Shown here: positions 13,786 through 27,142 of the stretch, one piece after another
How the letters are laid out: every line of letters starts with the position of its first letter
Position numbering within the stretch: position 1 is the first letter of the stretch
Source: Vicugna vicugna
Taxonomy: Eukaryota
DNA length: 64,000 nt
Assembly: GCA_013265495.1 (NCBI GenBank)
Contig: MU058423.1
Coordinates: 9,533,627 to 9,597,626, forward strand
Direction: 5' to 3'
Made by a program: the position numbers and the translations under genes
Notes under the pieces: model-generated
The model's input: the letters and a program-made list of their open reading frames with translations, nothing else
The model's database searches: none
What the model was told of the DNA's origin: nothing

Positions 13786-14089
13786 AGGACTTAACAGAGA
13801 GAGTGAGGGGGAGAGAGAATGAATTGTGTCAAATATGAGCATGGTATCTCACAAGAAAGTTTCTATAGGGGAGATGGGTGCAGGCAGAAGGGAGATGCGT
13901 TATCTGTAACTTGTTTAAATACAATAATAATACCAACTAAAATCAGCCTGCTTTAAAAAAAAAATCACTCTGCACCAGCAATTCTGTATCACGCCAGTGA
14001 TAAAATGCTCTTCCTCCTGGAAGCTCCTCTGTCCCTAACAAATTGAGGTTTTCATTATCAATTAAGCATTTTAAGACCCTTTACCCTCT

Positions 14090-14330
14090 GGTCTCTAACT
14101 TCTCTGCTTTCTGTACTTATCTCTCACGGACTCTCTCTTTCCAGTCCAATTGGACCAACCGTTTAATAGAGATATTCTGCACAGTCGTGCCTTCGCATTT
14201 TGATCATACAGTTTCCACCATCTGAAATGCCTTGTTGTCTCCCTTTCATTTATCTAGATCTTTCTTCTCCTTCATGGGCTCAGGATGAGGGGTCTTTTCT
14301 GGTAAGCCTTTCTCCTCTGCTGGATTCCTG
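14090..14330 (+). mobile_element. L2 fragment
   Basis: gccttcgcattttgatcatacagtttccaccatctgaaatgcc...ttttctggtaagcctttc resembles the L2 3' region. Confidence 0.5.
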
Positions 14331-15534
14331 ATCTCTCCCTTCTTGTGTTATGTAGCTATTAACCTAGATTGCCACTGCCTCCCACTGAAAAGGAGGAGCT
14401 CATTCATGGAGCTTGGTCCTCCCCGCCACCATAATCTGGACCAGCTTTAGGTTTCCCTGTCATCTCTACACTGGGCGCCCACAATTGTGCTTGGAGTTCC
14501 TGCTGTTCTGTTTCACAGAGTAAACGTAACTGGTGGGTAGCTTTTATTTTGAACTGTCTCTGAGACATGTGTATGTTACCTTAAATAGTGTATATAATGT
14601 ATTATCAGTCAACCTTGGACATTTCAGAAAGAAGAAATGTGACCATATTATGGGTGTGGGGGCAAATGACTGTGGTCTGTGTTTCAGAACTGAGTTCAGT
14701 CTGAAAGGCCCATGTGTGAGCTCTGGACTCAGATCCCATAGGAGCTATTTTTCAGTCTTTTTCAGTGGGATCTGGAATCCTTTGATCTCTTCTTTGCTGG
14801 TGCAAAATGTAATGCAAGTTTTAGCATGTGATGTCTACACCCATTGTTGACCGCAGGAAAATACCGGTCTTTGAACTCAAACGTTGACCTTGCATCTATG
14901 TTTTAACCAACTTCTGCAAACACTATACTGTCAACATTCACTTTGGCATTCCACCAGAGAAATACATTTTTAGAAGGACATATCATCTAACAGACTACTT
15001 CTGTTACTTCTTCTTGTTACTTTTTTTTTCTATTTTTACTTCTTAAATGAATTGAGAAGATCATTAGAGAAAGTGTAAAATGTCAGTGTGAAATATCTCC
15101 CTTCACATCTTCATAGTCAACAAGTTAGCTGTGTACTGTGAGGTCCTTTGTGAAAACCTCAGCCAGATCCTAGGATCAGAGGCTCACTCTCCAGAAGTAC
15201 AGGGGTCCAGAGGTGCTGGGGCTCTAAGGGGTGCTCCAGACAGAAAGAAGCCTGTTTTGACTCATGTGGCTCCTGCTCAGAAGGAATTCTGGAAATAAGG
15301 TTTGGTTTTCATTCTTCTTAGACTCTAGTGAGGTTGGACCTGAGTGTTCAGTCTCTCACTGCTTGTGGGAGTTGGGTGAGTAGATCTTTGCCTCATCTCA
15401 TCACTGATGAGAATTACTATCTTAGTTGTCTCAGGAGCCTTGTTCTGGGAGCAAATCAAAGTTCATCATTACCAAAGGTACACCAACATTGTGGTGAAGG
15501 AGAACATGGCAGATGTCTTTAGCTATTGGACACT

Positions 15535-15812
15535 TTGCCATATGAAAAAGGACTGAAACTTACTCCCTATAACCCCAAGAAATAAAATCAGGAACCATGA
15601 TACTAGACTTCAGTCCAAAATAAATAGCAGAGCTTTCTACCAATCAATTGTCCTGATACAGAGTGGACTGTTAGTGTTGATGCTGAGTTTTCCATGACGT
15701 GAGATACTCGCACAAGTGGGAATTCTGCAAAGTGTTCAAATATCAGGGAATGATGTGAATACATAAATTCTAGTTCTCCTTCTTATCCATAGGCTATAAT
15801 TTTGTGACTCTG
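15535..15812 (+). mobile_element. L3/CR1 LINE 3' end
   Basis: tgccatatgaaaaaggactgaaactt...gagctttctaccaat...tgagttttccatgac...attttgtgactct follows the L3 3' consensus in order. Confidence 0.6.
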
Positions 15813-16537
15813 CCTTTTCTTTTCCCAAATCTGTTGATTAACCAGTCAGAATTTTTCAAACATGTCAAATTCAAATGAACCAATATATGAAAAACAAGCT
15901 GTTTTTCTTCTCTCTCTTTCTTACTCTCATTTTATTGTAGACTCTGGTCTTGTCTTCTAACTTCTACCCATTAGGGACATAGAAGGAATAACCTCCAAGT
16001 ACAAAAGTATATGGTATGAAAACAGTACACATATAAAAAAATCACATGGGATTTTGGAAGACTATGTGCAGAATTTCACTTTTTTTTTTTTTAAAGCTTG
16101 GAAAGAAAGGCAGTCTTGTAATGAAGTCTTAGGTGGCATGTGAAATGAGGAATCAGGCATCTGGCTTTCCTGCTGTGTTTCTTATCAGTGGAAAGCTTTA
16201 TTCACATACTGAACAATTCTTTTTCTCAGCCTGGGTGGTCCCAAGAGAGGGACTGAATGAAGAATTGGTGGGAAGCACAAGTGCTGTGTCTATTCTGCCT
16301 TCTATTCAAGGGGTAAAAAGGAAGTTACAAGCTTCTTTAGATGTCTGACTCACATGTTACATGCAGGCAACTTCCTGTATCACAAGAAAAAGAAAATTGA
16401 CTCTCTGTCCTTTCTTAGTGTGGGGTTAAGTTTAGGCTCTGCAGTGAAGTGGTTTGAAGATCCTTAGAGGGAGGGTAGTATTAAGCCTGCTGTAGGAATG
16501 TTCAAACCACTGGGTTGGAGGAAGAATGATGTGTGAT

Positions 16538-16935
16538 TGTATCACTCTGTGACAGAAACCACATAGTAATTAGTTACCTGAACAGGGAAAGTTACATATA
16601 AAGAATTGTTGAATATAACAGGGGATTCAAGTAGTTAAAAATTAGATGGTATAAACTAAAGAGAACTCTAAAAAAATACAAGAATAGCATATGCAAGGAG
16701 CAGCCACTACCTGGAGGGCTGAGATACACACACTTTGTTGGAGAAGACACAGTATGTGTCACTAGAAGGCAGAGAACTGACTGGGGTACTCACAGGTGGA
16801 ATTTGCTGAAAATCTGAATCTAGGGTTCCAGGGAGAGCTGTTCATGAGGAAGTGTCTCCCCAGAGGTTACTCTCCGACAAAACCACCGAAGGGAGGTGCC
16901 GGGGAAGCTGCTGGCTGTTGAATTCTGCTGACTGC
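16538..16935. mobile_element. Ancient LTR (LTR78/LTR85-like; subfamily uncertain)
   Basis: gacagaaaccacatagtaatt...gaacagggaaagt...ataaagaatt...aaagagaactctaaa...gcaaggagcagccactacc. Confidence 0.55.
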
Positions 16936-17900
16936 TTTTGGTTTCATTTATTTCTTTTCTTGTTGTCCTCAGTTCCTTTGATTTTTGCTCTTTTTACTAT
17001 GTCCTTCCTTATGCTTGGTTTGTAATTATTTTACTCTTCCTTTTTCTAGTTGTCTTAGATTAGAAGCTTGGATCATTGGTTTGAAGTTTTTCTTTTATAG
17101 TTATGAGTGTGTAGTGCTATGAATTTCCCTTAATTACTGCTTTAGGTTCACCCCAGATTTTGATACCTTGTGTTTTCATTTCCATTCAGTTTAAAATCTT
17201 CTTTAATTCCCTTTGTGATTCTTTTTTTTTTTTTACATTCACCTTTTCTCTTTCTGTTTCAATCTGGCTGATTTCTATCGATCTCTTTTAAATTTCATTT
17301 CTTCTTTTCTTAGTTGTGTTAAATCTCCCACTGAACCCATTGAAGGAGTTCCTCAGATGTCATTGTATTTTTTTACTTACAGCATTTCCTTTTGCTTTTT
17401 TCGTGTAGTTTCTGCTGAAATTCCTGTATGTTCATACATGCTTTCCAGCTTTCCCATTAGAGTCTTTTGCATTTAAACATAGTCGTTTATAATCCCTGTC
17501 TAATACATAGACATCTGGGTCATATCTGAATCTGGTTTTGGTGATTGCTTTGTCTCTTGACAGTGTTTTTTAAATTGCTTCTTCATGTTTCTTCTAGGTT
17601 TTGTATGCATGATATTAATCTTGTGTAGAAATGTGGAGATGGAGGTAAATGGAATCTGCAAATAGGAGCTTGGAAATTGTTACCCCTCTTACCTTGCTAA
17701 ACCTTTTGCATGGAGATTGAGTTAATCTAGTCAGAAATTGAGCTGGGTTTGTGTTTTGTTGTTATCATAGTTACTGTCTGTGCACATTCCTTGGTGCATT
17801 TTCATGTTCCTGTTACGGGGTCTTCCTACCAGCAATTATCTTCCAGTGGCACCGTTGCTCATTCTATTGTGTCTAATAGTATTTAATAATATGTTATGTT
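16936..17900 (-). mobile_element. Ancient L1M fragments (ORF2 endonuclease-region piece joined to ORF1/5' piece)
   Basis: T-rich; gctatgaatttcccttaattactgcttta...cagattttgataccttgtgttttcattt and catctgggtcatatctgaatctggttttggtgattgctttgtctcttga are antisense L1 motifs. Confidence 0.7.
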
Positions 17901-19299
17901 TAAGTGTACTAGGGCTGTACCTGTGGTGGTCTACTCACTTAGTATACACTTGTATATTTCTTTTATAACTGATGGAAGTAAAACCAAGTTCTGGTGACCT
18001 ATGCCTGAAATGCAGAAGCAGAGACTGGTTACATAGCCTCATCCTTCATCCCCACCCTTGCCTCTTCCCTGCTCCTGCACAACACATAGGCACTTCTAAT
18101 ATATGCACATTCTCTTTAGTGCATAGTCATACTGGTTTCTTCTTGGCTTCTTCAATTCAACCCATGTAGAAGAATGTCTTTGTTTCCCTCTTGTTTTATA
18201 GCCTGATTGTTCCTCCTTGAGAAGACATTAAAAAGAAATTGTCATCCTACTTTTCAGGAACTTATACACCACTTCTATTTACCAAAGACCAAAATTGCTC
18301 CCTTTTATTCAAGAATTTATTTATTCCATTTTCCTTTTAATGACAGCTGATGGTTTAATATTTTAAAATTTCATATATTTCTGAGAACAGAGGTATAAAT
18401 GTCCTCTTCCCATCTTGAGAGCTACGCATCTTGATGGCTAGGGACTCTGAAACACATCCTTCCCCATTTTTAGTGTCAGTGCCTAATGGAGTCAAATGTA
18501 GACAGTATCCTATTTCCTATTATGTTCTCAAGTTCACACAAAGATGCCAGAATTAACACTATTCCACCCACAGTACTCACTACCAAAAGGGGAACATCTT
18601 TACTGTTGAATAAAAACAATCAAAGAAGGAAAAAATTAAAATACTGACTTTGGAAACTATCGAAAATTCTTGAATTGGTGTCAGAAAATCAAGATTCACG
18701 TGGTTCAGAATGTATTGCATGACAAAAAGCTTTTCCTGGCTGAACCGCATCACTGATTTCCTTCTTTGATCATATTTCCTACCTTCTGTCTCTATCATCA
18801 ATGGTATTTCTATTAGTAAGAGTTATTATCTCCTTCTTCCTTCTTAGGTTAGTCTGAGAGCATTCTCTAACATCCCCTGAATAAATTTCTTTCAAGACAG
18901 TTAAAGGTACAGGCAACTATCCTCTTGCTCAAATGAAATTCATGGTTTCACATTTGTTTGGGCACCTGAACTCCTTTAGTAAGGAAAAATGTAATGTTTC
19001 CATTCAGGGTATAAGGATATTCACAAAGCATTTGTCCTTATTTGGGGATGGGTGGTCAAGGACAGAGCTTACTTTAGTACAGATGCGTTTTTAATCATTG
19101 CTGTAAGAAATAAACATCTTAGATAAGACCAGAGACAAAGAGATTCTTTCGGACAATTATCCTCCATATGGATCTGTGTTGTCATCATTTCTCTTTCTAA
19201 AAAAATCTCTCAAACATTATTCCTGGGAATTCTGTCCCCTATTTTTACCTCACACCAGTCAAAGCTATTAATTTCTGGAGCTGGGTGTATTACCCCATG

Positions 19300-19745
19300 T
19301 AACAGGGTCAGGACAGAAGCATTGACTTACAGTGACTTGAATAACATAGATACTTACTTCTCTCTTGCATTTGAGAAATGTGGAAGATACAGCGTAGGAC
19401 TGAATGGCATTCCACAGGGGTAGGGAAAGATGTGGTTTGCTACCTTTCTTGTGCATTAGTCACCATTCTCAAGTTTGCTGATGGTCCAATAGGGCTACAT
19501 TCCAGTCAGGAAGTAGAAAGGGCTAAATCAAGGTGAGCACCCTTTCTTCAAGAACACTTTCTGGAAGATGCTTTACATCACCTTCACATAGGCCAGCTCT
19601 CAGTCACATGGCCACACCTGGCTGCACGAAGAGAGGGGGAATGTCTACATGTTGAGCTGCCGTATGCTCAGCTAAATTTGGGGATTTCTGGCACTAAAAG
19701 GAAAAGGGAGGATGATTTCGGCAAACAGTCATTGATGTCTGCCCC
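19300..19745 (-). mobile_element. MLT1J/K-like LTR
   Basis: cagtgacttgaataaca...cataggccagctctcagtcacatggccacacctggctgca...aaggaaaagggaggatga. Confidence 0.65.
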
Positions 19746-20644
19746 ATGCCACGTTGATATGCTGCACATTTTAAAGAAACATATCACAGAAACCAGTCAA
19801 ATTCAGAACTGAGAATCCCATTTATTCTAAAAGATAATTCATAAATTCAGTTGCATGCCATTCGTATGTTAGAGCAGCCTGCACACCATAGCGATTTTGA
19901 ATGCAATTCTATTCTCACACCTCAATATATAGCTCAATAGAATTAAAATCTATTCACAGTCATTTTGATACAAGCCTAGAGTCATTTCCTCATAAAAGCT
20001 AACATGAAAAATATGAAAGTTACTGATTAATATGTCTCAATAAATTCTATAACAGTTTTAGTATATGTGTTCATATCATTAGGTGTATTAATATTTTATC
20101 TTCTGCTTGTTAGACCAGTTTTATGTTCTGTGGTGTTACATCCACAAGAGTTAAAAGAATCCAGTGATCTGTAATAATCGGAAGAATCAATAAGAATTCT
20201 TTACACTCAAATTAAAATATTAAAGGAAATATTTAATTGAGGACTGCATCTGATTAGAATTACATTGGCACTACTCTGCATCCTCAGATTGATTTGTATG
20301 AATCCACAAGTTTGTCTTCTCGTTAACAAAATATATGCCAATTTTAAACATAGCCATTCAAGATGAATCAGATTAAAAATCAACTCTTAATTATCAAGGG
20401 AAATTTTAATTTCTATTTAAATTCAAAGCAATACCTTTCACCAAAAAGTTCATTCAGTTAATTCTTTAGATCACAAAAAATTTTGTCCTGACCCCATTCA
20501 CTCTCAAATCATTGTTCCATTCCTCCACTTTCTTTTGGACAAAAACTCTTTGAAATATTATTCTATATTTTGTGTATTCAATTACCCTCCTCCCAATCTG
20601 TCCTGAATCAACTTCGGTTAGGTTTCCCCCCTCCCCCGCCATTC

Positions 20645-21760
20645 TGCTCAACCTCTGTCAGTGACTTCTAGTTTTCTAAATCCGATGGTCACTTTTCAGT
20701 ACTCATCTTATTAATGCATCTGCAGCATTGGTACCATTGATCACTTCATCCTTTTTGAAGTTCTTTTCCCTCTTGGCCTCCAGGACACTACATGCTTCTT
20801 GTCTTTCTCTTATCTCAATGGCCCTTCATTTTCGGTTTCTTTGGCTGATTCTTCCTCATCTTACCAAACTCTTAGTGTAGAAGTGCTCTGGAGCTTACAC
20901 TTGAACTTGGTTTTCTCTGTGTGCTCAAGGTCTTAACAAGTCTGGTGGTTTTAAAAACAGTCTCTACACTGATGATAAAACAGTTTACAACTATAACCTG
21001 AATATTTCCCCTAAACCCAGACTCATTGCAACTGCCTACATGACATTTCAACAGCAATAGGAAACAAATTTATGGTGACCAAAAAGGAAAAGGGGGGAGG
21101 GATCAATTAAGACTTTGGGGTTGGCAGATACAAACTACTATATATAAAACAGATAAACAGCAAGTTCTTATTCTATAGCACAGGGAACTACACTCAATAT
21201 CTCGTAATAACCTATATGAAAATGAATATATGTATGTGTGTGTATATATGTATGTGTGTGTATGTATGTGTGTGTGTATGAATCACTATGCCATACATTA
21301 GAAACTAACACAGCATTGTAAATCAACTAAACTTCAAAAAAAATCTAATAATAATTTTCAACGTAATTCATCTAAAACTGAGCACCTGGACTGTGCTCTA
21401 AGACTTCCTCCACAGTCTTCTTGAACTTAGTGATACCTCCATCATGCCAGTTGATCCAGCCCAGAGCCTTGGAGTCATTCTTGAAGCTGTTTTATACACC
21501 ATATGTAATCATTTAGCATTACCTCTTAGCATTGCCTTCAGAGAACATTCAGTCTCTGACCATTTCTCACCATCACCACTGCTCTCATAATAAACCAAGC
21601 CACAGACAGCTGTTGTCTGGGGATTATTGCAATAGTTTCCTACCTGTTCTTTCTTGTTCTCTTGGCCACTATCAGTTTCTTCTTATTTGAGCAGTCATGT
21701 CATTTCTATACTCAAAACATGCCAATAGCTTTCCATTTTCACTCTACGTAATAGCTGAAG
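20645..21760 (+). mobile_element. L2 LINE (RT region to 3'), interrupted by an L1
   Basis: aaatccgatggtcacttttcagtactcatctta...cagcattggtaccattgatcact...caactgcctacatgacat, resuming after the L1 at tctaata...tctaaaactgagc. Confidence 0.8.
21053..21343 (+). mobile_element. L1 3' end (artiodactyl L1_Art-like) with internal (TG/TA)n, nested in L2
   Basis: aaacaaatttatggtgaccaaa...cagatacaaactactatatataaaacagataaacagcaag...tatagcacagggaactacactcaat...ttgtaaatcaacta followed by an A tail. Confidence 0.88.
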
Positions 21761-22076
21761 TCTCTCTGAGATTCTTGTCTGCTGTTCTCCTAGAAACTTT
21801 CTGCCCTGCAAGTCACGGGGCTCTGCATTTAGCACTATAGATGGGGTCAGAGAGAAATGAGCTCTTCTGGGAGCTTCCCAGACACAGCGGGGAAAGTTGG
21901 GTGCTTACACAATCCTCTCCTGTTCCTTTGTGGGATAAATCACGGGCCAAGGAAGATCTTTCTTGGCCCTAAGCTGTACCACCTTGGGAGACGGTGACAC
22001 AGCCGAAGTCAAACTGCTCCTCTTACCTACTCCACTGTGTCCTAACTTGTTTGTTTGTTTGTTTCTGCCCCAACAG

Positions 22077-22268
22077 TAAGCTGGAACTTCTCTTCTGGAA
22101 ACCCGTACTTCCACAGATGCTCTCTCATCCACGTCTGGTTGTCTAAGTCGGCATTCTCCAGGGGCTCCCAGACTGCAGACCAAGAGAGGCTGGAGCGGGT
22201 TCACAGGCCACTGCAGGGTCCGCAGCTGAGACTGAGGTCTGTCTGCCTCTTACCCTACGCACAGGTGG
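22077..22268 (+). other. Candidate internal exon (192 nt), host transcript unknown
   Basis: Branch-point CTAAC at 22042-22046, T-rich tract, CAG acceptor ending 22076, donor TGG|GTAAGT after 22268 (alternative CAG|GTGGGT after 22264). Confidence 0.3.
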
Positions 22269-24049
22269 GTAAGTGTCCTCCCGGGTCCCACGGTGTATGG
22301 CGCTGGATCCCACAGCTCCCTCACCCTACCCTGCTGTGACGCTGACGTCACTTCTCACTGTAACCTTGTATTTTAACACCCCTGCTTCTTTGGCCTTCTT
22401 CTTGTCTCCAGAAGTTTTCTTTAAAACCAACTAGGGAGGAATATTTCTCATATCTCTGAATAAGAAACAGATAAGCCACTAAAACAATAATAAAGAAAAA
22501 AAAAAGGATTAGCCCCATCCAACTGAGTTAAAAATAAACAAAACACTGATTCACTAGAAATTATTGGTAAGAGGATTGTGCTTTGAAATGCCTGCTTTAA
22601 TGAATCAGAGGCAAATAAAAGCAACTGAATAAAGTATCTATTACAGAAAAATCATTTCACTTAACCCAATTTAGAGTGAATGACCTTAACTGCCTCTTTG
22701 AACGTGGGAAGGACCCTTCCACCCGATAGTGGCTCCAGGGTGTAAGTGGGTAAACTTTCAGTGAAGGAATTTTTTTTAATTAAGAAAGGCTGTATGGTGA
22801 GAAGGTTTGAGGTCTAAGAAAGACTTTTTCCTACAAAGAAGTAGTGTGAGAAAACTTTGGGTCGAAGTAAATGGCATGTGTGAAAGTTGGAGGTGAGACC
22901 ACGAAAGACATTACGGGAAGTGGAAGTTACTTTTATGTAACCACAATAGCATGGGTGAGTGGAAAACATGTAATGCCAAAGGACTGTAATTTTCTGAAGT
23001 TTTGTGACCCAACCAGCAGTTTTATTTTGATCCTGTAAGACTTTCTGAGAAGGAAAGTATGTAGTGATCCTGTGACCGGGTGGGTCTTTACTCCTGGCTG
23101 AGTTTCCAGGTCATTCAGTTTCCTCATCCGTAAAATGCAGGTTTAATTGCAGAAGTCCTTTTCAGCTTAAAAATAATTTATAAATCAACAACAAGTAGAG
23201 TAAGAATTGCTCTAAAACCCGAGATGTAAGAATATCATGCAGCCTTTTTTTCTAGGTGAAATGAAATCTGGTGTATTTATTCAACAAATAATCATTTAAT
23301 GACTATTATATGCCATGGGTGTGCTCAGTTCTGAAGAAATTTTTGGAAAAGAAGGCAGACAGACTCTTGCCCTCCGGAATTTTTCCTAGCTTTCATTTTC
23401 CAAGGATGAAGTCTAATATCACTCATTTTTCACAGGTCCTGCCCTATGTCTTGGGTTATTCCAAACCTGTGATTTACACAGCCCGGGAAAAATAAGAGAA
23501 ATCCTTGGCTTTCTGTGTATGGCCCCCACAACTGCCATTGCCTTCTGTCTGATCATAAGATACTGTTGAAAATGCCTGGCTCTGCAGGTGGCATCCCTTC
23601 TTAAGAACAAAGTGTTGTTCTAGGAACTTTTGCCAAGGCTCCTTTTACCTCTGTTTCCACAGGGACTCATGTATCTGTCAATGTCTTAGATCCTGTTCTT
23701 TTTTTTTTTTTAATAATGCTATGAATAGGTTAGCCAGTGTATGCTACCCCACAAAACCCCACCTTCGTCCATCTCTCTAGTCTCTGAGAATCAAGCTACC
23801 GTGAAACTTTGAACGACTACCCTGCTCAGTTCTCAAGGCTGCCGCCTCCACCGTGTCCTGCTCTGGGCATTGTAGTCCTTGTCTTCTTACGGCCGAAGGC
23901 TGCAACCAGTGGCCCAAGGATGGAGTCTAACTCACAGATGGGCTTGTCCTCCAGGTGCTACAGTCTCCACCACTCCCTTTTGATTCCCCAAAATACACTG
24001 GAAAATCTGCGTCATCATTCTTTCACTGTTGCTGTTCTTACATTTGTGG

Positions 24050-24330
24050 ATAAGAGCACAACTCCAAAAATTCAAGACTGTTCAAGTCTAAATCCAAGCT
24101 CCGTCACTCACTACTCAGTCAACTTGTTTAGCCTGTTTATCTCCGTATTTCCGTTTCTCCACCTTCAGATTGCAGATGAATAAAGGACACCGGTCTCATA
24201 AGGACTGTAAGGTTGTAAGGATTAACTGAATTAGTGTACGTGTGGCACTGAGAACCATATGTAGCACATAGTCAGTGCTCTGTAGGTGTTTTTATTTTAT
24301 ATTATTACTGCTTATTATTTATCACTATTA
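24050..24330 (+). mobile_element. MIR (near full length)
   Basis: taagagcac...caagactg...aaatccaagctccgtcactcacta...ggttgtaaggattaactga...gcacatagtcagtgctc with a tta tail. Confidence 0.75.
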
Positions 24331-25699
24331 CTGACCTGGCTTTTTTAAACATTTGAATGAGGTCAATGGACCAGATCTATCCACATAAAGGACTTAGTGA
24401 GAGTTTTCTTCAAAGTAGTTCTACTCTCAGCCACACCCTACCAAGGTTTTCGGCCTTTAACAACAAAAATGTTTCACTAGATCCTTAGAATTTAAAGAAA
24501 AGGTCTAATGGAAATTTTTTTTGGCGGAAGGAGGTGTGTGAAGATTCATCTCTCATCCCTTTGATGTGACTTTTTAAAAAAATTACCCTATTTAAGAGGC
24601 CAGAGGAAGTGTACCAAGTTTCTAGCTCTGAAATCTGCACGGATTTCCTAACTCTGTCCCTTACTTAGGCATCACCAAGAAGATGTTTCTGCTACATTGA
24701 GAAATTGGCTAAATTTTTCTCCCCATCTGTTTCCTAAGACTAAATGGTGGCTTTTCATTCCACATCACTTATAACTCGAGGCAATTGGAATTGCTTCTTC
24801 AAGTCTCAGGCTTAACCTGTTAGCTGGCTTGTCAATAATCCGTTTTCTGTGATGAGTCAAAAATATTTTTCACTTGGTGAATAAAATATGTATATTTCAT
24901 TTTATCGAACCATTTCAAGTTTCTAGAGTTGAATTGCTGATATCTTGAGATTCTTTGCACCTGCTTAATTTTGATACATGACCTCTACATCGCTTTGAAA
25001 GTCAAACGTCTCATGGGGGAGATTTTATTTTAATGTACACATTGGCAGGTTTCACAGGTTCATAAGCTCTTTCTTTCATGTGCAGAGAATGAAAAGAAAT
25101 GATCCTTTGCCAGCCTGTCAGCCAGAGTTGCATTACCTATGTCTGACCATGTCCCTTAGGTAGACACAGAGACCAGGAGCAACTGGGTTTTATTTCTTGC
25201 TATGACATTTTGTCGACATTTATAAGGAACCATGGTTGTGGATCTAGAAATAAGGTACATGTAGAGACCAGGAGACCTAATTTCAGAAACCGCCTGAATG
25301 AGCCTCTGATGAAATGGGCAGATCCTAATCCAGCTTCTTGTTGCCTTATCTTCTGGGTAATAAAACCCTGCCACTGCCCGGGGGAGGAAAGGCCATTCTG
25401 TAAGGGTGCACCTCGGACACTTTCTCCCTTCTGCATATACTGGTCCTGCCGTGCGCTTTAGGAATCTGGACATCGGGGGCGGGGGCGGGGGGGGGAGGCA
25501 GGTGGCGAGGGATTGAAGAAATCAGGGAACGGGGACATTTTTTAAAGTGTTTCAGAACGACAACTGCAGTGAGGCACGCCAGAGAACACGTTTGCTGTGG
25601 TGGTGGCTGTAGTTGTAGTTGTGGTGGTGGCTGTAGTGGTGCAGGCCTAGAGACTGGTCAAAAGAAGGTCAAAAGAAAAGAAAAAAGAAACATATTAAC

Positions 25700-25890
25700 T
25701 ATGTTCCAAGAATTGCGTTCAATGCTTTACAAATGTTACCTCTTTTTACCCTACAATAATGCTATGAGATAAAAACTAATTTTTTTGTGTGCCTGTTGTA
25801 AAGGTGAGAACATTTGGGATCGAACAGGCAAAGTAACTTGTCCAGGGTAACCTGTCCAGTGAGGGCAGAACTAGAATGAAACCCAGTCTG
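25700..25890 (-). mobile_element. MIR
   Basis: aatgctttacaaatgtta...ctacaataatgctatgagat...aagtaacttgtccagggt. Confidence 0.6.
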
Positions 25891-26783
25891 TTTGTTTTAG
25901 ATCACACAGCGAGAGAAGCAAAGCCTATTGTTCTCAGGACTTCCCTGAAGTATGGACAGTTCTATTTTATTGATTGTTTATGGTAGACTTACAGACCATG
26001 TAAAGTTACTAAGCTCTTTTTAGGAGTATTTCTTTTTGGTGTTGCCATGGCTTTAAATGCAATTTTAGAAGTTCCCTCCCTTCATGTTTAAAAATTATGG
26101 TAACATTGACGACTATGTTGCTAGTTAGGCTCTGGTGAATTGTCTTCTTCAGGTAGCAGGGACTTACTTTGCGTGTTCATGGAGAAGTGAGGAGGCAGAG
26201 GAAACTGTTTTCTAAATGTCACAGTGAAATCCGATCTATGGAAAACTGGAACATTTTTCAAGATTCGACAACTGGTCTGAGACCAAATAGCAGTTCTTGT
26301 GACCTGGCTGTTTTGTCATCCACTCGGAAATGCGAGTCTGTGAATCCTTGCTCGGGGCACTCCAGTTCCCTCAGCTGAGGCCCGTACAGAAGGGTCACAC
26401 ATGGTGACAAAACATGACAACTTTAATAGAAGACATTGTCTCCAGTTGTTTTCCTCACTGGGGGATGCTGAGGACGTGATATGTACTTAGACACCTCCTC
26501 AGTAAAGCTCACGTTTGCAATACAAATTTACAGCTGTATTTACTGTAATTGCTGTAAAATAAAGAAATGACTTGTATTTACAAGTTTGCACTAAAATGAT
26601 TACAATATAAACTGTCAAGAAATAGGATGCTTTTTAACTTCTAGTTGAAAATAGAGATTGAGGTTGTTTGAAAACTTAGTGATTTTCCACTTAGATTGTT
26701 AATTAGACAACTTCATTAAGAATCGAGTAAACTTTCATTTCTAGCTTTAGCATTGGGCATCTTGTTTAATCATAGTTCTTGCC

Positions 26784-27142
26784 TGCAATGGACTGAATGT
26801 TTATGTCCCTTCAAAATCCGTATGTTGAAATCGTAGCCACCTAAGATGGGAACTTTAGGAGGTGATTAGGTTCTGAGAGCAGAGACCAAATGCATGGGGT
26901 TAATGCCTTTTATCAAAAAGACCTTGGAGAGGTCCCCCACCCCTCCTCCATGAGAGGTTATAGTTAGCAGGTGCTAGAACCAGAAATTTGAACCAGAAAT
27001 TGGGTTCACACTAGACACTGAATCTGCTGATGCCTTGCTTTTAAACTTCCCAACCTCCAGAACTATGAGAAATAAATTTCTGTTGCTTATAAGCTACTCA
27101 GTTTATGGTATTTTGTTCAGCTGCCCCAAACAGACTAAGACA
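26784..27142 (+). mobile_element. Complete solo MLT1A/A0-like LTR (ERVL-MaLR)
   Basis: TGcaatggactgaatgtttatgtccc...aataaatttctgttg...cagactaagaCA; 5-bp TSD ttgcc/tagcc with one mismatch. Confidence 0.9.

Noticed and set aside
25596..25641. Duplicated tgtggtggtggctgtagt giving a Cys/Gly-rich ORF (25569-25772)
   Set aside because: Low-complexity slippage repeat; the ORF runs into a MIR. Not a metallothionein/KAP gene or a CRISPR array.
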